This document shows positions 37,322 to 50,026 of a DNA stretch of 64,000 nt, piece by piece. Source of the DNA: Takakia lepidozioides (taxonomy: Eukaryota; Plantae; Bryophyta). The translations under genes and the position numbers were made by a program. Numbering within the stretch: the stretch's first letter is position 1; each line of letters begins with the position of its first letter. The DNA is taken from NCBI GenBank assembly GCA_030704615.1, contig CM060732.1, forward strand, positions 83,080,001 through 83,144,000. Direction: 5' to 3'. The notes under the pieces are model-generated. The model worked only from the letters and a program-made list of their open reading frames with translations, had not been told where the DNA came from and ran no database searches.

Positions 37322-38640
37322 TCATTTGTGACGCCAGTTGACTTCAGTCTCCTCCCCATCACCAGGGGCCTTCCCATTGAGCGGGGATAGATTCCTGCCA
37401 TTGAATACGTAAGTTGGGAAGACAGGCTCTGAGCAGATCATTTTTACCCCAGGTGCTGGCGAAATCTTGGAGCAGCTTCCTCCCCCTGCGCTCTGAAGTT
37501 CTGGGAATAGCTGCACATACCACTCCACCAAGCCTTCCTCCCCTCAGTAAGCAGATCAAGGTAAGTATGATATAAAATTGATCTGCCTCTGGGGGGCTTA
37601 CCTTCGTAAACCCAAACACATCTAGGTTTCAACAAATTCCACAATGCAATTAGAGCTCTTAGTGGAGCCCAGACAGGGCAAGAAGAGGGGGGATGGCCAA
37701 GCAAACTGTTGAGAAGCAGCAGGGAGGAGGGTGGAGGGAAGAAGAGAGGGGCCAGTGTGAGTAGAAAGATAAGACCACTCGCCATCCCTAGAAGCCAGAT
37801 GACAGGTTGTGAGGCAATGCTCCATCGTTTTTGGTTCTGTTTGACAGATAGGGCAGGTAGGTTAATGATCTTCATGTGTGGCTTGTCTTACTGGGAAAAC
37901 CCTGTGTGCCAGTTTCCAAAGAAAGACAGAGACTTTTGCGGCACGATCCTTTCTCCAGATATCCTTCCAGATAACATCCTATAAGTTACTCTATGTGAGC
38001 CTATGGTTATCCCATTTTAATGTCCATTATCGAAGGAAAGAGCGAGTTGGGAATGGAATAGCCCATCTTTACCGAGTAAGCTAAGAAGGGTGAGTGTTTA
38101 GTTTCCATCCACCTCCACTCTCCTGGATCAAGCTGGAGATCCTGCAGGGAGACAGCTAGAAACCAGTAAATAGATATGTGATATGCCCACTGCACTGCCT
38201 GGTTCATAGGAGGGAGTGGATTAGCATTACCCTCGTTGTCTAGCACCCGAATGTGATAAAGGAATTGCATCTGTAGGTCAATCTTTCCACGGAGGCCAGG
38301 GAGCCTTCACAGTCAACTCTGAAGTGCAGAGCCGATGCCATTCCTCGAGCTATAGAAAGAACCAGTACGACAGACTGTCCATCTCCTTGCCGGGAGGCCA
38401 TCCAGACAGGGATATTGCATATGTCATTGTTGTCTGATAGCAACGGATACATATATTGTGGGATGTTGGCAAGGATGGAATTCCAAGCACTTTCCCTTCT
38501 TCCTCCCACAGCCTGAACCACTTCTGCTTGCGAGAGGAACTGCCCTTGGTTTTGCATGCTAGCAATGTGCGTGAAGAGAGAGGCATATTCATCTCACTAA
38601 CTTCTTATACTCCTGACCTAGTGTTTGATTTGAACCCTTG
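37322..38640 (-). mobile_element. L1-type LINE 3' remnant (zf-RVT)
   Basis: KVSVFLWKLAHRVFPV..CPICQTEPKTMEHCLTTC at ~37800-37940. Confidence 0.75.
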
Positions 38641-39249
38641 CTAAGTTAGGTATCGTCTACCACTGGGCATACAAAAGAAAAATCTGGACACGCTATCCAA
38701 GCAAGCATAAATTATGGGGTCACTTGCCTCCAAAGGGCTACTTATACCTTCCACGGGGAAGGTGGACACCTTTATGACATCCAACATGTATTCGAACCCA
38801 CAACCTCTCATGAAGCACGTGTGCCCTGACCCTGGTTAAATGATGGTTGTTTGGGCTTACAATAGTCCAAGATGCAAACTAGGGCTACGCATTGCCCAAT
38901 GCCCCTCACTACTAGTGAGGACTTATGAGAACAATGTTTCTTTTGTTTGAAAAAATATATTTTATTCAAAAAACAATAGGAACAATGTAAGAACTTAATG
39001 CATGCGTGCGACGGTACTTTCGTCGGATTCAGGCTGCGTCAGCTCCTTAGGCTTTATGAGAAAAAAAGGTACTAAGACAACCGACTCTTAATCATCCCAC
39101 GTTGCCCTCGATACCGCCATTCTAAGTGCAATTTCCTATGTACTAGCCAAGTGCGTTTCCTATGTTAAGGCCCATCTAAGCCCAAGTGCAATCTCCTATG
39201 TATCCAATGTAGAGGCCCAAGTGCGACCTCCTCTGTCATTCCAACACTT

Positions 39250-41465
39250 AATTTTGTAATTCAGTTGAATTTTCAGCGACCAAAATTGTTCATATTTCTA
39301 TAATTTTCGGCCCATAGGTCCAAACTTTGTGAAACCAAGTCGTGCACCCCTACTTATCGAGGGCTTTCCAACAGTACTAAAATCGTGGCCAAAGGCCTTG
39401 CGCTTTGGGAGATCTCAACGACACTACTAACAATATTGTGAACGCCAATATGGAAAAAAAAACCCAAATTACATTTACGTCCACGTGCACAAAAGACAAA
39501 TAAAGGGCCAATCATTGTTCCAGGAAAAGCCCACTTTCCTATTTTTCATGAGTTTCCAGCAACCAAAAGTACTTGAAATTCCATATCTCCCACACCGTAG
39601 GTCCAAATTTTAAGAAACCAAGTCGGTGCAGCCCTACTCATCGAGGGCTTTCCAACATTACTAAAATTGTGGCAAGAGACCTTGCAGTTTTGGGAGATCT
39701 CCAAGTGACAAACAAAACAAAAACATGTTGAATACCTTACGAACGGTTGTTCCTACCATTACTTCATGCGCGATGGATACCTTTTGGAAGGTTGTTCATG
39801 TCAAGTTTTAAATTGCTTAATCCAAGTACGTTAGAGTACCCTCTGGAAGGTTGTTCTTATCATTTTACAAATTGCATAATGGGAAGTAAGGGCGCAGGGC
39901 GTGCGAGGTCCGGGCAGGGAAAAAACAAAAGTTTAGGGCAGCGGCGAGCTAGTTTTGGCGAGCTAGATGAAGACATGGAGTGGGGACGGCCCCACATGTG
40001 TGGCCAGCCGTGTGGAGCCTCGGAAGGTGCGCGGATGGGGGACTAGGGAGCCACAGTCATTACTGACGTGGCTACCGAAAATCCGCGTACGTTTTTTATT
40101 GTTTGTTTGTTTTGTAGCGTTGAAATGTCCCAAACCGCGGCCCCATCCCTTGTGCTTGGTACCGTTGGAAAGTCCTCCATGAGGGGGTGCACGGGCTTGG
40201 TTTCATGAGTTTTAGACCTGCGGTGTGGGAGATATGGAATTTCAAGTACTTTTGGTCGCTAGAAGTTCGTGAAAAATAGTGGGCTTTCCTAAAACAATGA
40301 TAGGATATATTAATACTACTCAATAAATTCATGGAAAAAAAATAAATTGGTTTTTCAATATATGAAGCAAATGTTTGGATTTTATGCAAGTTAAAAAATG
40401 ACACACAACAATCTTCCGGAGGGTACACCAATATGTTTGGATTGAGCAATCTTAAAAATTGACATGAACAACCTTCCGGCAAGTATCCATCGTGCATGAC
40501 CTAATGGTAGAAACAACCTTCCATTTGGTATTATTTATTTGGATTTTATGCAAGTTAAAAAATGATAGAAACAATCTTCCGGAGGGTATACCAATATGTT
40601 TGGAATAAGCAATTTTAAAATTGATATGAACAACCTTCCGACAGGTATCCATCGAACATAAGAATTAACCTTTTGTAAGGTAAAAATATTTGTTTAGATT
40701 ATATTCAATTCAAAAATTGACAAGCACAACCGTTTGGAGGAATTTTCAATACTAGGAACAAACTTTTGGCAGGTACCCATCAAACAAGCCTCAATGATAA
40801 AAACAACCTTATGTAAGGTAAAACTATTTATTTGGATTATATTCGATCTGAAAATGAGCCTTGTTACTATGAAAGAGATTACTTTCTCCTCTCACTATAA
40901 TTAAAGGGCTTGATTTGTGAGCGGCCGCTCCACGGTGTTTCTTTTTTTTAATATATTTTCTTAAAATATGAGAAGTATTATTTATAGGGGATATACTAAC
41001 ACATTTGAATTGAACAATTTTAATATTGATAGGACCTACCTTATGTCCTTTTGTCCTCCTAAAGCCCTTGTTACATGCATGTTAAACTAACACTAGGACT
41101 CATTTTCCATGAAACACTAACTTTAAAGCTCCTCTTCCTAAATCACTCCAAACAATGAGTTACTTGTGAATAACGTGAAGTAATCATGAAGATAAGTACT
41201 TAGGGTATGGGTGGGGAAGTAGGGGTAGGGGAGGGAAGGGAAAGGCGGGCCAAGGAGTGTTTAGGGGAGTGGGGAGCCAGTTTTGGCGAGCTAGACCCAG
41301 GCAGGGAGTGGGCAGCCCCACATGTGCGGCAAGGCATGTAGAGCCTCTGGAGGTGTGTGGATGGAGGACCAGGGAGCCACAATCATTACGACGTGGTTAC
41401 CAAAAATTCGCAGGCAAACAAAACATAACTAACTAACTAACTAACTAACTTGCTTCATACATCGA
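39250..41465 (-). mobile_element. Cluster of non-autonomous Helitron-like repeats
   Basis: Minus-strand hairpin plus CTAG|T at 40043 and hairpin plus CTGG|T at 41369. (TTTG)n and (TAAC)n microsatellites. Direct and inverted copies of internal blocks (39270-39420, 39520-39705, inverted 40130-40300) and a ~165-bp tandem unit at 40370-40860. Confidence 0.6.
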
Positions 41466-41599
41466 CGAGGGCAATACAAAAAAGTATAATGCACAGTGCC
41501 TATTACACTGTAATGCACACCTATGACATTTCCTTATCTTTTACCTCCAAGATCTTCCTTCACTAGTTCCAAAGTTTCTTTTGATGATGAAAAAAAAAA

Positions 41600-41990
41600 C
41601 TATCGTCTCATTTCTTTCCGCAGAGGAAGACCCTCGTGTGGGGGCACCCCTTGAATTTTATGCCGCAACTGGACCTTGGTGCCAGGGATCCCTGCACACG
41701 TTCCCATGCATCCGGATGATTCCCCGCCATCTTTTCTGTGGACTACATAGTAACCATCCATGGTCAATCCGTGTTCTGTCATTAGGCACGTGCTTCCTCC
41801 CTTGCATGCATCCCATGTATGATACGTTACTCTTGCATCCCATAGCTCTCTTCCATCCATAGACAGTGTTTGTGTAGACCATCTCTCTCATGTTCAACCT
41901 CTTCGTGCAGCTGTCTATGGTTCCCTTCAAGCTTCTAGTAGCTTTGCAAAGGACTCAGCTTTGTCTTTGTGCCCTTGTAAATTTAACATC
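41600..41990 (-). mobile_element. Decayed Ty3/Gypsy integrase zinc-binding fragment
   Basis: YH..ACKGG..T..LTMDGYY..D..GC.GTC pattern. Confidence 0.35.
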
Positions 41991-42089
41991 TGCCACTGGG
42001 ATATTCTACTGCCCGACAATTTCCCAACAGCTGAAGAGATCAGTCATCCCTCTGCTTTGGGAGCTTTTCTTGCAGCAAAGTGGAGGATC

Positions 42090-43349
42090 ATGGGGCTTTC
42101 CAACGACTCAAGTGGCACCCTGATAGGAGATGAGATTCCAAGGTCTGTGTTTACAACAACAGGAGGTGCAGGAGAAGCAAGCTACTTACAAAACTCGCGG
42201 CCCCAAAAGCTTATGGGCAGCTACCTTCAACCAATTCTCAATCCCTCCTCGAGCTTGCCTTGCCGTCTGCCCAACCGATCCATGTAGCAGACTTTGGATG
42301 CTCTGTGGGTGCCAACACGATCGCATATGCCAAGCTCATTGCTGACAGCTTGAAAACAAAGCTAGCATCAAAACAAGAGATTTTCCATTTTTTTTCGGAT
42401 TTGCCCTCCAACGATTTCAACACCTTGTTCAACCAGTTGCCAGGTGACGGTAGAAAGGAGGAGAGGACATGGTTTGCTGCAGGTGTTCCGGGCTCCCAAT
42501 TTGATCGATTGTTTCCTCGTGCGAGTCTCCATGTTGCGATCTCGACGTTCGGGCTCATGTATTTAAGCGAGGTACGATGTCATTGTTCTTATATAATCTC
42601 GAATCTGTTGATCGGTTGCTCACAACAATCTCGCAGTGCAGAGTTGCTGTCAGATTGTTTGTGTTAAACGCATTGCATGTTGTGTGCAGATTCCGAAACA
42701 GGTTATTGACAAATCTTCGCCCGCATACAACAAGGGACGTATCTGGATACAACGTTCAAACCCAGTGGTAGCGGAGGCCTACGCGCAGGCTTCAAGAGCA
42801 TGTTTGCGCACATTCTTCGAGCGCCGTGCCGATGAGCTCGCGCCTGGTGGACTGATGGCTGTGCATGTCGTCTCTAGACAACAGCGGGAGCACCCCGAAA
42901 ATCAGTTTCCTGAGCACAAGTGGAACGGGTTGGCAGCGATGGAGGAGGCGTGGGGAGAGCTTGTGAACGAAGGTGCGATCGACGCAGAGCTGCGAGACTC
43001 GTTCAACGTTCCACTCTGCTACCCGAGCGACGAGGAGCTCCGAGAGGCCATCGAATTGACATCCGCGTTCCACATCAAGAAGCTCGAATATTTTGAGAAC
43101 GTGCAATTTTTTCCAGAGGAAGATGCGGATAAGTTTTTCACGGATGCGGAGTCGTATGGGAAATTCTTGAAGAACATGACGAAAGCCGGCTTTAGCTCGA
43201 TGGTGACGGCTCACATTGGAGCTGAGCTCAGCGACAAGCTGTTTGAGCGTGTGGCACATTTTCACACCAAGGCATATCCTGCACTCAAGGCCAAGTGTGA
43301 GCACATCCCCGTGTTGGGCTTTTGTATTGCAATCCTCATTAGACAGTAG
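42090..43349 (+). CDS. SABATH-family SAM-dependent carboxyl methyltransferase, one frameshift near 42245 (pseudogene or sequence error)
   Basis: Exon 1 42090-42571 (GGAGEASYLQNS, VADFGCSVGANT, FSDLPSNDFNTLF, AGVPGS..RLFP). GT-AG intron 42572-42689. Exon 2 42690-43349 (YNKGRI, RADELAPGGLM, DSFNVP). Confidence 0.9.
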
Positions 43350-44342
43350 ATTATCGAATGCTGGTATAGTGAACATGGTGCTCCAGTCTTTCCTGGGCAT
43401 CAATTTCAATGTCACGGCCTTCTACATCATGTCAACTCCCTGGAGAAAGTGGAATGGTGGTTTGTCATACGTCCTATCATTCGTCACTTGACACGCAACC
43501 TACATGCATGGCTATCTTCTCACTGTTTTTCTCTCTTCACTCAACCACGCTGTGTAAGCTAAGTTAGAGCACAGGCATGCAGCGGGTCCAAAATTTTCCT
43601 TTTGTATTTATCATGCCCTCAAAAGTAGAATCCATCCATTCCCAGATTCCCATTGTCTTCCTGGACTACATACCAGGCCGATGATGATATAACCCTCTTT
43701 GTTCTCTAAAAGAAAGGCAGCTACCTTATGGGGAGTCAACAAAGAGATGCTCAAGAGTGACACACATGAAACAACATGGGGTTCAATAGGAAAATATGGG
43801 CAGGAACACAGACTCTGCGCGCAACCAAAACAATGGAACAAGTGCTAATTTGCAATTAAGTGTTGTGGTCTTCCTCTCAGAGATTGGAGTGACTTGAGTG
43901 TGAACATAGGCTGAAGTGTCTTTTACATACTGAACTAAGACTTTCCTGATTTCTGTCCCTGGTGCAAGCTGTTACTGCAGTAAGCAACAAGTACAAACCT
44001 CAAATTGAACTTGGCGGGAAGACCTCTCTACTCGTTGAGTTTTATTAGTCCGTTCAGTTCCTCATGGAGGCAAGTCAGTCATAAGGCAATGGCATTATTC
44101 ATTTTCCCCACTGACTTCCATCCTCTGTGTTACAGACAGTTTTGATTCATATCCTCCTCCTTTGCTAGGGGTCCACTTCTGGAAACGTAAAAATTCCCCT
44201 TCCAGCTGTTTTATTGTATAGCTACAAGAGCCTCCCTCTTGCTGAGTTATGTGAAAAGCTCCCATTCGACCACTACTGTATGGATGTAGGAAATGCCTGA
44301 GGTGACCGATGACGATGCTTTCTCTCCACTGCGGCCCTTGGC

Positions 44343-47028
44343 TCAATTTATAAGAGCACAGTTCCTGCGGATCTCCCCTTGAGCTCCTGTTAAAACACCA
44401 ATATTACCCATTTTTGTTATAGCCTTCACAAAGTTACTGATGAATACTGCATTGGATCTGGCATATGAATTTACTCGTTGTCTTGTTCGTGGGTCGTTGA
44501 AAAGCTCCTGGTCTGAGGCTAAAATGGACATTCCCTGCTGGGCATTCTGGTAGTAGGCATTGTCAAATTTCCTCGGGGTTGTAGCATCAAAAAATACCAC
44601 CACTGTCGGGTCAAGATTCACATCTGGGCACGCCAGCCGGAGCTGTTGGGCAAATGTAGCATTCATTGTAGGGTCCGTTTGAATGTCCTTGTTGAAATTG
44701 TATATGCGGTTCAAGAATTGGCCGCAGTGCACGAACCCGATGGTGTGGCCTCCTGCAATAATCCCAACTTCACCACAAAATGAGAACCTTCAAGTAACAC
44801 TATAGTTGCTGAACAGCTCACTTTTGTCTCTAATAGAATAGATATCTTCTAGTCACCTTTAAGAGATAAGGTCGACACCAGAGGGAGTAGCCATGGTAAC
44901 CCCATGACGGCCATTGTCAAGGATAGAAAGTAGTCTCTTCTTTATGTTGCTACTGTTGTAAGTCGGACATTTTCGTTGCCTGATCCTGCCGTTGCACCTG
45001 GCTGGCACATACCGACCTAAGACATCCTCTGACCTGAAGCTTTGGTTCACACAGAAGAAAAGCATGATGACACAAATGGTGAAACAGTTTTCCTAGTGCA
45101 GTCACCTTTCAGATCCCTCTCTCATGTAGCATGTGGTCAAAATCCACACTACATGACGAAGCAAGCAGGCTCTTCATGCAGTCAAGCAGCCGGCCCTTTG
45201 AATGGATGTCCAGACTGTTTGCATCCATTAAGTTGTCTATATTAAGAGACCTGTGCGGCAAGAAGAGTGGTACCAGATAGGGTCACCATGTCTGCTTGAG
45301 ACAGGCCTTTACTGGCAAAACGGCTGGTGAGTAGGGTAACTGAATCATTTCCTCCAGGTAATTGCTGGGTTGCATGATCAGCTATGGAGACTTGGCTATC
45401 TCTGCGGCCCTTCAGCACATCATATCTTGGAGCACCCACCTGGAAATTCACCCACTGTGCAGGCTATCACTGCAGTTTCCATACTTAATATTCCAGTCAC
45501 CTAATTACTTGTAAGTCATACAATCCTAAACCTGAAGATCATCTGTGTAAGTCATAATAACAACTCCATACAGACATATTAACAAGGCAGATCAGAAAGA
45601 TGTTGCAACAGTCCAATTTAAAACCCAAACGTCTGCAACATACCATCCTAAACCCGAAGATGTGCATGTCTCTAGTTGTTGAGACAGAGGATAGGCTATG
45701 AGGGCATCCAAGGCGTCAGAACGCTAAATGTACCATTCAATGCTGTACTAAGAATTTTCAAGGTCTAAAGACAAATGATAGTTCAGAAGGAGAAAGAGAT
45801 GACTCACCAATCCAATCAGATCCCGTGTTGCCATAGCCAAAATATCTGCGCACGAAACAATTCCAGGGCACACTGCCTCTACAGCAGCCTTGGCCCTTGT
45901 CACTGCGTCAAACCCATCCCCAGGCAATGAGAGATTGACATTGGCATCCCTCTCTGCCTTGTTGGTAGCTGTTGATGCAAGGAGTACTGAGGCATCGCAG
46001 CCCTACACAGCCGAAGAAATATTCATGGGTTAGAAATTCCTTTCATATTCGGAAATTCTGCTATCCATGGTGGGGGTAGGGGCCGGCTTCTGAGGTTGGC
46101 ACCCAGCACCTATTGGCCAAGGTGAGGTTTCCAAGTGGAGTGTAGATGTGGACACCGCAGGCCCAGAAATTGACCAAATCAGATACTACATGCCCAAAAG
46201 GTAGCACTGCTGTACAGCATGTTTCCTCAGTCCAGACTCTGTGAGGTAATTTGCCAGGTTTCAAGAAGAGCAGCTAGGTTCTCTTAAAACCAAAATCAGT
46301 GTTCACTTCTCCATTGAATCAAATAGGAAAGAATCGTTGCTATTGACTGCTACTTCACCCAGAAGTAGTCCAAGGAAAAAATGGTGCAAAGCTCTTACTG
46401 TCAATTCAGGTGTGCCCCATGATTCAGGATCTTTCATCCTTGGGGGCTCCCTTAGACGCTCCCCAACGGACATTATAGTCGTCAAGTAAGACCTTCCTGG
46501 CTACAGAGTTCCCATTTGAAAACTATGCAAAGCCACAATACGAAATGCTTTGGGGATCACTATGGGACAACACTAAGCGGAAGGACTATATTCGTTTAGG
46601 GGCCACATAGCCGATGCGAGGCAAACAGCACTATGCTGCATGAAACGTCCCTCATTGCTTTGCCAGTTCACGGCAAGCACCTGCTCACCAAATCCCCTGG
46701 TTGAACATTGTCCACTTAGCGGTTCAATGCAGACGACTATAGATAACCAGCAATGTGGGATTCAATAATCGTGAAGAGGCGCAGCGGCAGAGACTAGGTA
46801 GATTTAAGTTTTTTCGGGTTTTTTCGAACCTCAGCATTTGGGTCGTAAGTGCCTGGAGATATGGAGCCCTGGATGGAGGGATAAAAGATGAAGAGAGTTC
46901 AAGTTGGCCAGGGCGTACGAAATGTATTGTGTTCACATGAGACGTCGGTAGAAGCTCAAGCTAAACCAACATTTGTCAAGTGGAGCTGCAGTCAAACTAA
47001 TGGATGCCTCCCGAGTGATGAGTTGATC

Positions 47029-47076
<48 letters not shown>

Positions 47077-47312
47077 CAGAGACTTACATCAACAAAGCAA
47101 TCATGGAAGAAGATCCGGAGAAGGCCGGCAGCTGAGGTGGGTGCTTGGTTGAATTTCGCAACCATGGTCTCTTGTATTATACTCTCCACATTCGTGCAGG
47201 TCTTGGCGTAGAAGTTCAGACTCAACTGCGCCCTCACTTCCTTCATCCCCATACCTACTACAAGTACCGTAATTGTGAATACCCTCAGTAACCTACCCTG
47301 CATCTCCGCCAT
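44343..47312 (-). CDS. Class III secretory peroxidase, 331 aa, intact
   Basis: Exons 47312-47088, 46002-45808, 45439-45274 and 44752-44343 (225+195+166+410 = 996 nt). Signal peptide, LLRIFFHDCFVDGCDAS, VSCADILA, LSGGHTIG, FDNAYY and GEIRRNC. Canonical 3-intron layout. Confidence 0.97.
47031..47074. repeat. (GA)n microsatellite in peroxidase intron 1
   Basis: About 22 GA units. Confidence 0.95.
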
Positions 47313-49489
47313 GAATGGAATTCGTCTGGAAGGAAGAAGAGAGAATTTGGTAAGCCGAAAACAGATTGCTCGAGAACAATGTGGTCAACCACCCACCTCT
47401 CAGAGCATTAGAAGGAAGCAGAAGGTGATCGGGACAGATGTGAGACTGTCACAGAAAGAGAACGATCAAAAAACTCAAATACACTGACAACCAAGTCCCC
47501 AAGGATATTTGGGTCCAAGAAAGGTAGGGGACACAGTCTGAGAAATCCAAAGGAACTTTATGACGTCTATGGGGAAACCAATCTTCGAAGGTTATGGAGT
47601 CACAATGCAGAATATTACGACCACAATCCTGCAATAGTCGGAAACAGATCACAGCCCGCAATGAAGCTCGCTCCTTCAGAAGAAACGAGGCGTACTGAGC
47701 ACTGTAGGTAACCACCCAAATGTCTCGAGTCTCAACACTCTCGAGCTCTCAATCTCAGCAAAGTAATGGGGGTTGGCCAGTAATAAAGAGCAGAGCGTTA
47801 CCGCACACGACGAGACAGAAGACTCGAAGGCGCCGTCACCCTATATTAAGTATGTTGCTAGTGTCATGACCATTTTTGGCACCCTACAGATTGCTCAGTA
47901 GGATCGCTTTTACTGTAGTCTTTGTCAGAGGCTCTTAGCACCATATCTATCAACTTGCTTCTTGGGAGTTCTTCTCTTTGACACAATCTTCACCCATGCT
48001 GCAAATGGTGTCACCTTGTTGTGGAATCTTCATCCTTCTCTTCCATCGTTCAAAGTCTTCACTCCATCAATCATCTCGGAAGGTCTTATATTAAGTCCAT
48101 TGAGCTGTTGGACCGTCCCATGTAAACAACCTTGAAGGGAAAAGGCAACAATGAACACATTGCTGCTTAGGATCAGGTAGTTTTAGGCTTGAACATAGTT
48201 GCAATCCTGTTTTCCAACGTGCTGGAGCCTACTAAATTTGGTTGTGAAATATTCTTGGGGATTGTGGCTTTGGATTGCAATAGCTGTCTGATCGAGAGCT
48301 CTGCGCCAACGCCTGGGAACATCCAGGGGTTACGATGACTCAATCTAGAGAAGGCAGGTGGGTGGAAAGTTTCAAATTCCCGAAAGGAAATCTGAGCCAG
48401 CTGCCATTCAGATCAATTGTGAATCTACACGGGGAAATTTGGGTGGCAAAGTGACCGATGACAATGGTCCACCTTCATGGACCAAGCACCCCTTTCTCTA
48501 CAAACCATAGGATCTCGAATGATCTTCGTTCGGCTCGCATTTGCCAGCCCCCCGGCTGATGGTATTGATCAGCGCTAATATGAGGCATCAGGGCAATCTA
48601 TTGCAAGTTTTAGATCCGTGGAGGCCACGCGCTGATCACAAGTATCTTGGGATGCGCACCTGCTGCCTTCCCAGGATCTCCCCAGAAGAATGAGCTCAGC
48701 TCCTGACTTTACGAAGTACCCACACCACAATGACGGCTCCAACGCCCATGGGGAAGCGAGATGAGGTCGGTGTCCAGTCCGGGCCCCGAGGATGAGCCCA
48801 GTGGGCAGGCACGCAAGCGATGGCCGCTGTACTCGGACGACGCACCTCACAAGGCCTGCGTGCCCTGCCCACTGTAGTGGTGGGCTTTGATAGTCTTGGA
48901 AACCCACGCATTCAATGTCTTGTCTTCTCTCTCTCACACACAAATCAACAGTCGTCCTTCCTTGACCCTCCTGAAAGGTGCCAGAGGATAAAAGTTGCTA
49001 CCCTGGTGGGGTGAGGTCCTCTGGGCTCAACTGCCTGGGTCTTTTTCCGGCCAAGTACCTAATAGATCAGGCCCGGGAGTTGAATGCGAGGGAGACGGTT
49101 CAGCCAGCGTGGACCCCCCGCCTCCTGCGCGGCACGCCCCCCCCCCCGCGCCTCATGTGCCCGCTGCGGGGACATGACGCGTGCCCTCACGAGCATCCCC
49201 ATCCCGCCTCCCATCCTGGGCATGGCATCGTCCTCCATCCCCCATAGTATGCGCTATCCCAAGCATACATGGTATCTGAAGCATACATCATGGTCTGTTT
49301 CAAAAATCATTCTGACAGGTAGGGTAGACAGGCCTATGACCGTTCATCTATCGATGGCGGAAGATCTAAGGGTGATTTTTTTTGTCGTTTTTACCCCCGA
49401 TAAAATTGATAAGATGCCCCACATCCAGGGCATCCCAACACACTTGTCCACACAAAGTTGTGGGGTTTCAAAGTCGAACAAATCAGAAA

Positions 49490-49640
49490 GCTTGTGCGAG
49501 CGTTGGGCCCTATGACCCAATCACATTTTTTGGGGGGTGCTATCAAACAACTGTTTGCCAAGTGGCAAAACTGAGCAGTCTTGGCCCAGCAATGGTAGCT
49601 CGTGCGGCCTGACCCGAGCAGTTATGAGGTGACCGGTCAT
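49490..49640. repeat. Dispersed repeat shared with 33590-33715
   Basis: TTG(A/G)GCCCTATGACC(C)AATCA.ATTTTT.GGGG..CAAGTGGCAAAA..AGCAGTCTTGG.CCAGCAATGG at both loci. Confidence 0.7.
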
Positions 49641-50026
49641 AGGTACTATAAGAGTCATAGGGTGTTTTACCCTATTCAAATTTGAAATGGCAAATCTGAG
49701 GAAACCAATGGACGTTCGGATTTATGCCACGTCCTCACATGCAATGCCACCCCAAAGCGAGGGTTTCCTACCCTTATCGTGCATTTCCTCTAGCAGTTGT
49801 CTCCATGGTTTCCAAACGCGTCTCGTCCCTAGGCCGACGCATTCACATTCCAAATGGAATCGTTTTTGCATCTTGCCCACATGAACATGTAGCATTCCAT
49901 TGTAAATTGCAATTGTGTGCATTTCTGGCCCATCGAGCACCAGCATAAAAGAGCATGACGTTTGTGGCAGTATAGGGCAGCGAAAGAAGACACCAGCCAA
50001 CTCAAAAGGATTTTGTTTCAGTAAGC

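Noticed and set aside
47950-49010. LINE endonuclease remnant
   Set aside because: Only vague motif resemblance and too degraded to support.
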